Source: Promethearchaeota archaeon (lineage in GTDB: Archaea; Asgardarchaeota; Lokiarchaeia; Sigyniarchaeales; SOKP01). Taken from it: DNA of 64,000 nucleotides. Below, piece after piece: positions 54,638 to 64,000 of the stretch. The first letter of the stretch is position 1, and each line of letters begins with the position of its first letter. Below the pieces are notes generated by a model. That model was given only the letters and a program-made list of their open reading frames with translations. It was not told the DNA's origin and ran no database searches. A program made the position numbers and the translations under genes. The stretch lies in the NCBI GenBank assembly GCA_016839705.1, contig JAEOTR010000032.1, positions 17,731 to 81,730 on the forward strand. Direction: 5' to 3'.

Positions 54638-56017
54638 TTACACCATATTTCTAGGATCTAATAATTCATCTAAATTATCTATTTTTAGACCCATTTCTTT
54701 TATTATTTTTTTGCACGTTTTTCCTTCTTTATATGCCTTTTGTGCAATCTCAGAACATTTATCATACCCAATTATAGGTGTTAGATTTGTGATAATCATG
54801 ATCATCTCTTCTAGTTGAGTACTAATATGGTCTTTATTTGCCTTCAAATTTATTAAACAATGATCGATAAAAGAATTTATTCCCCCAATAAGGATATCAA
54901 TAGATTCAAGCAAATTTACAATCATAACAGGTTTACACACATTTAAATCTAAAATGCTGCCATATGCTTCTCCAAAAGAGATTACGGAATCATTTCCTAA
55001 AACTTGAAGACATACTTGAATTAAAGCTTCTGATTGAGTTGGATTAACTTTTCCAGGCATTATGGAAGAACCAGGCTCATTTTGCGGTATTATCAATTCT
55101 GATAATCCTGCTCGAGGTCCACTACCCATCCAACGAATGTCATTTGCCATTTTTAAAAGAGATAAAGATAATAATCTTAAAATACCACTAACATTAACAA
55201 TGGTATTATGTGAAGCAATTCCTTCTGCGTTTATAGGATTATTCTTAAAAGGCAAATTCGTAATTTTCGAAAGGTTAATTACGGTAAGTTTAGCAAAGTC
55301 TTTGTGGGCATTTAATCCTGTTCCTAATGCTGTTCCTCCTATAGGAATATAATATAATTCATTGCAAGCGTTTCGTAATCTTTCGATGTTAGTCTCGATT
55401 TGTTTTTTATACACTTCGAATTCTAAAGATAAAGGTATAGGAACAGCATCTTGTAGATGAGTCCTTCCTACTTTTACGATTCCGTTATACTCGGTGATTT
55501 TGGTCTCCAAGGATTTTGCAAGCCTTTCTAACGTTGGGAGGAGTCTTTGAATCATATGCAAAGCAGATACATGCATAGTACTAGGAATAACATCATTAGA
55601 TGATTGACCCTTATTTACATGGTCATTAGGATGAACAGGGTGTTTTTTACCCATAGGAAAACCTAAAATCTCATTCGCCCTATTAGCTAAGACTTCATTC
55701 ATATTCATGTTAGTTTGAGTTCCAGATCCCGTTTGAAACATATCAATAGGAAATTGGTCAAGGTACATATTTTCTTCTAATATTTCATTTAAAGCATTAT
55801 CAATGGCATTTCCATTATTTTTTTCAATCAGTCCCAATTCCATATTTGCCAATAGACAAGCCTTCTTCAACTGAGCTAAAGATCTAATAAAAATCTCAGG
55901 AAATTTTTTACCGCTTATTTCAAAGTTTTTTATTGCTCTTTGTGTATTTATACCCCAATAAGCATCAGTAGGAACTTCTAATTCCCCTAAAATATCTTTT
56001 TCAATACGAAATTTCAA
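54638..56017 (-). CDS. fumC: Class II fumarate hydratase
   Basis: GSSIMPGKVNPTQSEA signature, TGSGTQTNMN, NDHVNKGQSSND, GRTHLQDA. TTG start. Confidence 0.9.
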   Translation of the reverse strand: MKFRIEKDILGELEVPTDAYWGINTQRAIKNFEISGKKFPEIFIRSLAQLKKACLLANMELGLIEKNNGNAIDNALNEILEENMYLDQFPIDMFQTGSGTQTNMNMNEVLANRANEILGFPMGKKHPVHPNDHVNKGQSSNDVIPSTMHVSALHMIQRLLPTLERLAKSLETKITEYNGIVKVGRTHLQDAVPIPLSLEFEVYKKQIETNIERLRNACNELYYIPIGGTALGTGLNAHKDFAKLTVINLSKITNLPFKNNPINAEGIASHNTIVNVSGILRLLSLSLLKMANDIRWMGSGPRAGLSELIIPQNEPGSSIMPGKVNPTQSEALIQVCLQVLGNDSVISFGEAYGSILDLNVCKPVMIVNLLESIDILIGGINSFIDHCLINLKANKDHISTQLEEMIMIITNLTPIIGYDKCSEIAQKAYKEGKTCKKIIKEMGLKIDNLDELLDPRNMV

Positions 56018-56156
56018 AATTCATTTCATCTTTCAATTGAATTCTTATAAACTTATTAGAATAGCAATGATAAAAAAAGTTTATATTAATATATAATAAA
56101 TAATGAATAAAATCCGATAACTAAGCTTTAGAATTTAGAAGAGATCACTTAGGAAT

Positions 56157-57086
56157 TTACAATATGAAATCCCTAATCAGAGAATTAATTTTATCTGGTT
56201 GTTCATTTACAACCCAATGTGAACCTTCAGGAATGCGTTTAATGGTTAAATCTGGGATAAATTCATCAAGTCCTTTAAGGTTATGAACTGTTAATGCTGT
56301 GTCTTTTTCACCCCAAATAACCAACGTAGGCATATTTATCATTACGGGATTAACTTCTAATTGTTCACTTGCTAACTCTGATATGTCTTCTCCTTGTGTT
56401 GGAGGTCGTAATCCTCCAGCACGGTAATAATTCAAACCTCCAGTTAAAGCTCCGGGTTCAGACCATGCATTTTTATAGATCTGGTGATCATCTTCATCAA
56501 AATCCATTTCAGAGTTGACAACAATATCGAACAAGGGTTTATAGTCATTTGCAGACAACACTCCCTCAGCTATATATCCCTTTTCATTTTTTGCTCGGAA
56601 AAATAATACATATTGACTTGATGTTTGTTGATCTTTATTATTTGATATCAACCTACCAAAGGTGTTTGGATGTGGTGCATTTATGATAATTAACTTTTCA
56701 ACTAACTCTGGATGCATGTTGGCAAATGGAAAAGCAACGACACCTCCCCAATCATGACCCACTAATATAAATTTTTTACGTCCAAAATGGTCTTCTACTA
56801 ATGCTCTTATATCCTCAACCATATGTTGCGGTTGATATTGTTCTATTTCTTCGGGTTTGGATGATGTATTATATCCTCTCATATCAGGAGCTACCGCTAG
56901 ATAATCTTTCGATAGGTCTAAAAGCTGATCTCGCCACATATACCAAAATTGGGGAAAACCATGCAAGAAAATAATCAATTTTCCATCTTCTGGACCCGCC
57001 TTAACATAATGAAGTTTGATATTGTTAACTTCGGCAAATTCACTCTTAAATTGAGGGTATTTTTTCTTAATAATATCTTCGGACAT
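56157..57086 (-). CDS. Alpha/beta hydrolase, epoxide-hydrolase-like
   Basis: LHGFPQFWYMWRDQ, VGHDWGG nucleophile elbow, C-terminal GSHW. Confidence 0.8.
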   Translation of the reverse strand: MSEDIIKKKYPQFKSEFAEVNNIKLHYVKAGPEDGKLIIFLHGFPQFWYMWRDQLLDLSKDYLAVAPDMRGYNTSSKPEEIEQYQPQHMVEDIRALVEDHFGRKKFILVGHDWGGVVAFPFANMHPELVEKLIIINAPHPNTFGRLISNNKDQQTSSQYVLFFRAKNEKGYIAEGVLSANDYKPLFDIVVNSEMDFDEDDHQIYKNAWSEPGALTGGLNYYRAGGLRPPTQGEDISELASEQLEVNPVMINMPTLVIWGEKDTALTVHNLKGLDEFIPDLTIKRIPEGSHWVVNEQPDKINSLIRDFIL

Positions 57087-57214
57087 TTTAGGTTACCTCT
57101 ATTATATCAACTTAGACTATTTTGTATAAAGAATTCTTAACAAAAATTAATTAATTTACATTTAATTTTAATTTCTAATATGTTTCAAATATTAAAAATT
57201 CTTAGTGAAGCTTT

Positions 57215-59407
57215 ATGAATCACAATAATTCTAATGAAGAAAAACCATTATATTTAGATTATACTAAACCTTTTGAAGAAAGGGTAGATGATCTAATCTC
57301 AAGGATGACCCTTGAAGAAAAAATATCCCAGATGTTTAATACTGCCGCAGGAATTCCTCGTTTGAATATTCCAGAATACAACTGGTGGAATGAGTGTTTA
57401 CACGGTATTCTTGTAGTGGAAGATCATGCTACTGTATTTCCACAAGTAATTGCCCTTGCAGCTACGTGGAATGTAGATCTGATTAATGATGTTGCGAAAG
57501 CCATTTCAGACGAAGCAAGAGCGAAACACCATGAATCTGTAAGAAACAATGAAAGGGGGCTTTTTGAAGGACTAACCTTTTGGTCACCTAATGTAAATTT
57601 ATTCAGGGACCCCAGGTGGGGTCGTGGTCAAGAGACTTATGGAGAAGATCCTTTTCTATCATCTAGGATGGCAGTCAGTTTTATAAAGGGCCTTCAAGGA
57701 GATGATCCCAAATATTTAAAATTAGTTGCAACTCCCAAGCACTATGTAGTTCATAGTGGTCCAGAACCTATAAGGCATGAATTTAATGTTCATGTCTCGG
57801 ATAGAGATCTATGGGAATCATACCTCCCTGCTTTTGAAGCAGCTATTAAAGAAGCTAAAGCTTTTTCTATAATGTGCGCGTATAATAGAACAAATAATGA
57901 TCCTTGCTGTTCAAGCAAAATATTACTGCAAGAAATCTTAAGAGATAATTGGGGATTTGAGGGCTACGTCGTTTCTGATTGTGGTGCTATTGCTGATATT
58001 TATAGAGGTCATAAAGTAGCTAAAACAATAGGAGAAGCTACCGCATTATCAATTAATGCCGGATGTGATCTATTTTGTAATGTGATGGAAGCAGATATAG
58101 AAAAAAAGAAGGAATTTTGGCAATGGATGAAAGACGCTATAGCAATGGATGCTTTAACAGAAAACACAATAGATAAAGCTTTACGACGCCTATTTATGGC
58201 ACGATTTAAGTTAGGTATGTTTGATCCTCCCGAATTAGTTCAATATCAACAGATTCCATACGAAGTAAATGATTGTGAGGAACATCGGCAATTAGCTTTA
58301 AATACTTCTAGGGAATCGATTGTTCTTTTAAAAAATGAAGGAAACTTACTACCTTTAAAGAAAGATCTTAAATCGATTGCAGTAATTGGGCCTAATGCGG
58401 ACACATTATCAGTACTAGTTGGGAATTATGCAAGCCTTCCTTCTCGATTCATCACATTTCTTAACGGTATTAAAAATAAAGTTTCATCTGAAACCAAGGT
58501 AACTTACACTATAGGGTGTCCACGTGTAGAAAAATCTAAAGAAGGTTTTAATAAGGCGATTGAAATAGCAGAAAAATCTGATATTGTGATAATGGTCCTT
58601 GGTATTTCCAAAAGATATGAAGGAGAAGAGGGATCTGCAACACAAACCGAAGCTGGTGGAGATCGTCCGCATATATATCTGCCAGGGCTTCAAGAAGACT
58701 TATTAAAAACAATCCACAAAACTGGGAAACCAATAGTGTTAATTTTAACGAGTGGAAGTGCTTTGGCGGTAAATTATGCAGAAGAGCATATTCCTGCAAT
58801 AATTCAAGCTTGGTATCCCGGAGAAGAAGGTGGTAATGCCGTTGCTGATGTTATTTTTGGGGATTATAACCCCGCAGGGAAACTACCTATAACAATTTAC
58901 AAATCACTTGATCAATTACCTCCATTTGAGGATTACAGCATGGAAAATAGAACTTATCGATATTTTAAGGATGAACCACTATATCCTTTTGGATACGGGT
59001 TAAGCTATACTAAATTCAAATATAGCAATCTTCAAGTTTCTAAACCTAAAATAAAAGTTGGAGAAGATCTACTAATAAGTGCTGATGTTGAAAACATTGG
59101 AGAAGTAGATGGAGATGAAATTATTCAGCTTTATCTGAGTAAATCTGCTCCCAACCTAAACTTACCAATTCGAGAACTCCAAGGATTTAAAAGGTTAACC
59201 CTTAAAAAAGGAGAAATTACAACTATATCATTCACAATAACACCAAAAAATCTTTTTCACGTTAATAATGAAGGAAAGCGTATTATTGAACCTGGGATGG
59301 TAAACTTATCTGTTGGAGGGTGTCAATCAGGATTTAGTGATGATAAAATTAATTTACTTGAAAGTAGTTTTGAAATTATAGGAGAACGTCAAGAATTCAA
59401 ATTATAA
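57215..59407 (+). CDS. Glycoside hydrolase family 3 (beta-glucosidase/xylosidase-like) with C-terminal Fn3-like domain
   Basis: RDPRWGRGQETYGEDP, KHYVVHSGPE, GYVVSDCGA (nucleophile Asp), YPFGYGLSYT. Confidence 0.9.
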   Translation: MNHNNSNEEKPLYLDYTKPFEERVDDLISRMTLEEKISQMFNTAAGIPRLNIPEYNWWNECLHGILVVEDHATVFPQVIALAATWNVDLINDVAKAISDEARAKHHESVRNNERGLFEGLTFWSPNVNLFRDPRWGRGQETYGEDPFLSSRMAVSFIKGLQGDDPKYLKLVATPKHYVVHSGPEPIRHEFNVHVSDRDLWESYLPAFEAAIKEAKAFSIMCAYNRTNNDPCCSSKILLQEILRDNWGFEGYVVSDCGAIADIYRGHKVAKTIGEATALSINAGCDLFCNVMEADIEKKKEFWQWMKDAIAMDALTENTIDKALRRLFMARFKLGMFDPPELVQYQQIPYEVNDCEEHRQLALNTSRESIVLLKNEGNLLPLKKDLKSIAVIGPNADTLSVLVGNYASLPSRFITFLNGIKNKVSSETKVTYTIGCPRVEKSKEGFNKAIEIAEKSDIVIMVLGISKRYEGEEGSATQTEAGGDRPHIYLPGLQEDLLKTIHKTGKPIVLILTSGSALAVNYAEEHIPAIIQAWYPGEEGGNAVADVIFGDYNPAGKLPITIYKSLDQLPPFEDYSMENRTYRYFKDEPLYPFGYGLSYTKFKYSNLQVSKPKIKVGEDLLISADVENIGEVDGDEIIQLYLSKSAPNLNLPIRELQGFKRLTLKKGEITTISFTITPKNLFHVNNEGKRIIEPGMVNLSVGGCQSGFSDDKINLLESSFEIIGERQEFKL

Positions 59408-59573
59408 CTTATAGTTTAGACAGATCCCGATAAAATATCAGCTTCTACTAAAAAAGTTGATTAAATTTAAGGAGATAAAATGACACCTTCAATTATCGAG
59501 AAAATTTTCCTGAATTATCATAAAATAGTTAATTTTTCTCTCAATTATATTATTATGGATGTGAGAAAATCAT

Positions 59574-60848
59574 ATGGAAAAGAAAATTTTTGAAGATAAG
59601 CTGGAAGGGAGTTATATAGCGGAAATAATTAAGGAACTATGCGCGAAAATAGAGAAATATTATATCTTCCCTGATAAATCGAAAAAGATCTCGCAGTATA
59701 TCTTAAATAAGTTAGAACAAGGTTCATACATTAATATAACTGATCCTGTTGCTTTCGAAAGGGTAATTTCTAATGATCTGGTTGAAATTTCTAATGATCA
59801 TCATTTTTACTTTGAATACGAACCAAAAATGGCTCGAGAGTCGCTACAAAATGGATACGAAGTTACAGAGGAAAGTGATGATGAATTCCCAGAATTAAAG
59901 AATCGTCTAAAATATGAGCGATATAAAAATTTCAGCATTATTAAAGCAGAACGTCTCCCTGGTAATATTGGATATGTTAAATTAAATGATGTTCCCCCCG
60001 CAGAATTTGCAGGTGAAATTATTGTTGGTGTTTTTCAATTTTTAGCTAACACTGATGCCCTTATTTTTGATCTTCGAAACAATGGTGGTGGGTATCCTTC
60101 GATGGTTGCATTAATATCAAGCTATTTAATGAAACCTGGTACTAAACTTCTTACCAGCATTTTTGAAACCACAAAAGAAGAACCTTTTCAATCACGAACT
60201 TTACCTTATGTTCCTGGAATTCGTTTTCCCCATAAACCAGTCTATATACTTATCAGCCGTAGGACAGCATCGGGAGCGGAAGAGCTCGCCTATGTGTTAA
60301 AGATGTTAAAAAGAGCAACCCTTATAGGGGAAACTACACGTGGAGCAGCACATCCCGTAGAAATATTCCCTATTTCCGATAAATTTGTCATCTGGTTACC
60401 TATTGGTCGTCCTATCAATCCAATCTCAAAGGAAAATTGGGAAGCGAAAGGGGTATCACCCCATATCAATGTCCCACAAGAAAAAGCTTTAGAAAAAGCC
60501 CATATATTAGCATTAAATGAGCTGATAAACAAAGACTCAGATCGGGAAATTAAAAAAATGAGAGAATTCGAGCTTGAATATACTGAATCTAAGTATAACT
60601 CAATAGAAATTAATCTTAACATACTAAACGATTTCCAGGGGCAATATGAAAGATATAAAATATTCATTCAAGACAATCAGGTCTTCTTTGAGCGATCAAA
60701 TTTAAAGCAGCAATTAATTACTAAAGACAATAAAGTTTTTTACGCAAATGAAACAGTCAAACTGTGGTTCGAGGAAGAAAATCAAGCAAAATTTCTTATA
60801 CTTGAACGAAGGGACTTTCCTAACTTATTACGATTAAAAAAATCTTAA
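59574..60848 (+). CDS. Peptidase S41 family (IRBP/tail-specific-protease-like)
   Basis: IGYVKLN, LIFDLRNNGGGYPSMV, ISRRTASGAEELAYVLK. Confidence 0.75.
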   Translation: MEKKIFEDKLEGSYIAEIIKELCAKIEKYYIFPDKSKKISQYILNKLEQGSYINITDPVAFERVISNDLVEISNDHHFYFEYEPKMARESLQNGYEVTEESDDEFPELKNRLKYERYKNFSIIKAERLPGNIGYVKLNDVPPAEFAGEIIVGVFQFLANTDALIFDLRNNGGGYPSMVALISSYLMKPGTKLLTSIFETTKEEPFQSRTLPYVPGIRFPHKPVYILISRRTASGAEELAYVLKMLKRATLIGETTRGAAHPVEIFPISDKFVIWLPIGRPINPISKENWEAKGVSPHINVPQEKALEKAHILALNELINKDSDREIKKMREFELEYTESKYNSIEINLNILNDFQGQYERYKIFIQDNQVFFERSNLKQQLITKDNKVFYANETVKLWFEEENQAKFLILERRDFPNLLRLKKS

Positions 60849-60987
60849 AAAAATTTAGTAAAAAAATTTCCTCTAGAGTATCTTCGACTCTTTACTAAGA
60901 TATTATCACAAGCAACCCTTCCTCTTACTGAGGAAAAAATTAAAAAAATAGAAAATTCGTTATAATTTTTAGTTTCAAAATTTCTTT

Positions 60988-61410
60988 CTATTCTTGATCT
61001 GTTAATTCTTGTTCAATAAGCCTTAATAACATGAAGAAGATAACAGCTTGTGTATTGTCACCTTCAATTTTGAACCTATCTGATACCATGAACGGGTAAA
61101 GTCTTCCGGAGATAACTCCTGTAAGAGAGTCTCTATCAGCAGTTATGATAGAATCAGGGGAATCCGCATCCCCATAATCTATAACTAGTTTAGGGTGTTC
61201 AGTAAATTGAGCATCAGTTTTCAAATAAAAATTTTCCGAATCTCTTAATTTAATTTGAACAATTTTCTCCCATCCGTAAAGTTCATCTTCAGCATATTCA
61301 GATTTATTTGTTAAATATTTAAATACTTCCAGAAAGGATTCAAGATCTTCGTCTAAGAGATTCCTATCCTCCAATTTCTTGAAGATTTCTAAAGCTTTAT
61401 TACCAATCAA
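60988..61410 (-). CDS. SCP2 sterol-carrier-like domain protein
   Basis: ITADRDSLTGVISGRLYPFMVSDRFKIEGDNTQAVIFFMLL resembles the SCP2 C-terminal pattern. TTG start. Confidence 0.45.
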   Translation of the reverse strand: MIGNKALEIFKKLEDRNLLDEDLESFLEVFKYLTNKSEYAEDELYGWEKIVQIKLRDSENFYLKTDAQFTEHPKLVIDYGDADSPDSIITADRDSLTGVISGRLYPFMVSDRFKIEGDNTQAVIFFMLLRLIEQELTDQE

Positions 61411-61412
61411 TT

Positions 61413-63482
61413 TTATTTAGCACCTTTAGGACTTATTAAAAATTGAATAGGATTACTAGCTTTTAATTCAATCCAAAGTATAATTTTATTTTCCTCAAGA
61501 CCATGCTCTATTCCATATCGAAATCTCTCACTGCGAGGAATTTCTTTTCCGTTGATCTTTAGACTAACTTCAGTATCTAAATTTTGGATGACAAGTGCAA
61601 GATTCATTATCGGTTTTTCTTCACTTGCGTTTATCATGAATTCAAGCGGTGCTTTTAAAATTGGATCTTTACTTTTGAAGTAATAGGCACGTTCATGAGG
61701 TATATATCTTCCACCATCATATGCATCTGTTTTCAACTCTATCTCAGGTGCTCTAAGCCAAGATTTTGCCAAGATCACCACACCTTCCTTATTTTTCTTA
61801 TCCCAAACGCCATGAAGCATGATCCTCCTCCTCATTTCTGGTCCTATCTCATAGTCTGCCCATTCTGCCTCTGTTGAGACGTTTGTATGTGAGGGACGAT
61901 CTGAAACTGAAGTAAATCTTCCATCAGTAGGAATATTCGCGACAGGCCAAGAATTCCACCAAGGAAAATGAGCTCCACTATTTATAAAAGGGGAATATGG
62001 TTGGAAGTATGGGTTGCGACGTTTCTTTCCGTTAAATTTTTTTCCCGCAACGATACATGGACCGTCTGGAACAATTAAAAATGGAACATTCTCAGATTTT
62101 ACATTAATAATTTCAATATTTTTGTTTTTTGGTGCAGTAAAGAATTTTGGAGCGTCCTTCTCCCAACTATATGTATGAGATTCACCTTTCATGTTGAAAA
62201 GAGTTACTGCTTCTAAATCATAGGCATCTTCAGGATGCATCCCCTCCCCTAAAATTACAATAGACTCTTGAAATTCGTGAGGTTCCATTGGTTGAGAACT
62301 GTGAAGTGTAACATCCCTAATCCCTACGCCATCTGGGTATATAACATAATATTCATCTGACCAGTCACCCCATCCTGTGAGTGGGTCGACTCGTGCTTGC
62401 CTATAATGCGTATCTACAAGAGAATAACGCCAATGTACGATAGCTCGAGCATCATTTGATTCAATTATTCTCACATGAGATGTGCGGCATTGCTTATCAG
62501 ACATCGGTTCAGCACATCCATTTATATCAGGATCAAATTTATCTGCCCATGTTTCATTAAATTCATTTGTATACCAAATCCCATTTCCGGTCACCCATGC
62601 AGAAATATAATTTAATCCCCTCCAAAATACATATTTTACAGGCTTCTGATCAAAAAGAACGACTATATCTGCGTGGTCTTTAACTCTCCAAAGACGATCC
62701 CATTCTTTATAATATTTAAGGGTGGTATAATATGCTCCAAACTTATTTGGACCATCGGGAAGTATTGGGAGTCCTCGCCTTTCTAAGGGAGGATCTGGAA
62801 TATCATGTATACTTCTGAAGCTTTCTTGAATTTGATCTTTAGACAGCGATTTATCGAAAAATTCAAGCTCATCAATAACTGCGTCAAGATACATTGAACA
62901 AGGAAAATGACCGCCATTATTTACCCCATGTACCGGTCGAACATCTTTTGCAGCCTTACCTATATAAAACGAATCATTTGGAATGATTAACTTTTCTATT
63001 TGGTCTTTAATATCTAACGAGTCAACCAATTCATCGTTTATGTAAAGATTCATACCTTGAGCTGCATTAAACACGCTTGTAACTTTCATCCATCTAAAAA
63101 GGGGTGTTTTTTGTTCAGATTCGACCTTAAAAGATTCACCTTTGATTATTACTTTGAATCGTATTCTCCCTGTAGCAGTCACACCAAGAAAGAATCCATT
63201 TTTTTCATCATAATTTTCGATAATAGGGCTTTCATTCCATGAATAAGCACCATTAGCAATCCAAGTGCTAATCGTAAATTGTTCAAATGATTCAGGAAAT
63301 CTGTTCTTAGAGATTGTTAGATGAGTTGTATAACCATCAAAACGTAGTGCATTCCCTTTGATCCCCTCCAAAAGATCTACATATCCAACAATGGGGTCTT
63401 TTTCCTTTGATACAGAATCGATAACTACATTGCTTTCAATAATCTCATCAAAATTCCAATGAGAAATTAAATTATCTTGCAT
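61413..63482 (-). CDS. LamG/concanavalin-A-like lectin domain protein with a large uncharacterised C-terminal domain
   Basis: HWNFDE...GNALRFDGYTTHLTI...FTISTWI...LYINDELV is a LamG-type N-terminus. The remaining roughly 450 aa have no recognised motif. Confidence 0.6.
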   Translation of the reverse strand: MQDNLISHWNFDEIIESNVVIDSVSKEKDPIVGYVDLLEGIKGNALRFDGYTTHLTISKNRFPESFEQFTISTWIANGAYSWNESPIIENYDEKNGFFLGVTATGRIRFKVIIKGESFKVESEQKTPLFRWMKVTSVFNAAQGMNLYINDELVDSLDIKDQIEKLIIPNDSFYIGKAAKDVRPVHGVNNGGHFPCSMYLDAVIDELEFFDKSLSKDQIQESFRSIHDIPDPPLERRGLPILPDGPNKFGAYYTTLKYYKEWDRLWRVKDHADIVVLFDQKPVKYVFWRGLNYISAWVTGNGIWYTNEFNETWADKFDPDINGCAEPMSDKQCRTSHVRIIESNDARAIVHWRYSLVDTHYRQARVDPLTGWGDWSDEYYVIYPDGVGIRDVTLHSSQPMEPHEFQESIVILGEGMHPEDAYDLEAVTLFNMKGESHTYSWEKDAPKFFTAPKNKNIEIINVKSENVPFLIVPDGPCIVAGKKFNGKKRRNPYFQPYSPFINSGAHFPWWNSWPVANIPTDGRFTSVSDRPSHTNVSTEAEWADYEIGPEMRRRIMLHGVWDKKNKEGVVILAKSWLRAPEIELKTDAYDGGRYIPHERAYYFKSKDPILKAPLEFMINASEEKPIMNLALVIQNLDTEVSLKINGKEIPRSERFRYGIEHGLEENKIILWIELKASNPIQFLISPKGAK

Positions 63483-63549
63483 TTTTTTTTACCTCATTTC
63501 AAATCCAAAAAATGATTATTAATAATTGTTAAAGATCTTTGGGTTTTTC

Positions 63550-64000
63550 TCAGCTCCAGCTGATTTTAAAAGTTATAGCATAATCGCATGGTTTTTGATC
63601 GGGAACTTCGATATGGAGCCCATCATCATCTACCGTCCATTTAAGATCTCTTTCTACACCTAACATTTTAATTGACCTGATATCTTCTTCTCTGATTAAA
63701 TGGAACGAATTTGGATCATCTGATACTGTCATATTAATCCAAGATGTTCTAATTGTTTTAATAGTCAATCTTGGTCTTATTGGCCATCCTAATACAATAG
63801 TATAAAGGGAATTATCCTTTACTGTGAATCTCATATCTTCTGGAGTATAAGGTCTATCCCCTCGTTCAGAAAACATACCTCCTTCTCCCAACTTTGTGGG
63901 ACCTTCCTCAGCTATCGACCATGGAGTACTTCCATAAATCGCTTCTCCGTTAAGCTTCAACCATTTACCCATTTCGAGTATTGCTTCTTGGTGAAGATCA
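63550..64000 (-). CDS. Alpha-L-fucosidase (GH29), C-terminal part; 5' end outside window
   Basis: The frame stays open to the window edge: ..DLHQEAILEMGKWLKLNGEAIYGSTPW.... This resembles the GH29 junction plus C-terminal beta-sandwich. Confidence 0.6.
   Translation of the reverse strand, partial: DLHQEAILEMGKWLKLNGEAIYGSTPWSIAEEGPTKLGEGGMFSERGDRPYTPEDMRFTVKDNSLYTIVLGWPIRPRLTIKTIRTSWINMTVSDDPNSFHLIREEDIRSIKMLGVERDLKWTVDDDGLHIEVPDQKPCDYAITFKISWS

Overview
This is a 64-kb, strongly AT-rich (by eye about 30% G+C, not computed), gene-dense chromosomal segment. It reads as archaeal and most likely Asgard/Lokiarchaeia-like. That assignment is an inference from a Rab/Ras-type small GTPase, a ubiquitin-type beta-grasp protein ending in GG, an SDS22-class LRR protein, AlaX, an ADP-forming acyl-CoA synthetase alpha subunit, GlcF/HdrD-like Fe-S proteins, Shine-Dalgarno-coupled gene pairs and oligo-T tracts after genes. 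I count about 60 protein-coding genes and recognise no rRNA, tRNA, CRISPR array, transposase or integrase. Layout: (i) 0-19.6 kb holds three paralogous loci of membrane-embedded tandem left-handed-beta-helix (LbH) modules, interleaved with three different carboxylate-activating enzymes, a CN-hydrolase, UvdE, a Rab-like GTPase and housekeeping genes. (ii) 19.9-30.4 kb holds secreted/envelope proteins, a double winged-helix regulator, a ubiquitin-like gene next to a GTPase-like protein and a polytopic membrane protein with a C4C4 RING-like finger, an orphan family-5 solute-binding protein, and AlaX. (iii) 30.4-41.4 kb holds two unannotated tandem zinc-ribbon mini-genes, a 13-repeat LRR protein, tandem glutamate dehydrogenases, tandem GlcF/HdrD-like Fe-S proteins, flavodoxin and TatD. 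(iv) 43.5-56 kb holds two aconitase-family enzymes, citrate synthase, fumarase, an EF-Tu-fold protein with eroded G motifs, and a thioredoxin-fold gene whose active-site Cys codon is TGA (candidate selenoprotein with an AUGA/GA hairpin in its 3' region, but also a 1-nt frameshift). (v) 56-64 kb is a glycan-degradation cluster (GH3, LamG protein, GH29 fragment). The main candidate for an undescribed system is the two-gene (M1-M2 fused, plus M3) TM-hairpin/LbH x3 machine. It copies the architecture of the polymerisation half of epsilon-poly-L-lysine-type synthetases (Pls/TIGR02353) but has no adenylation or carrier domain. All family assignments come from motif recognition by eye. No searches were run.
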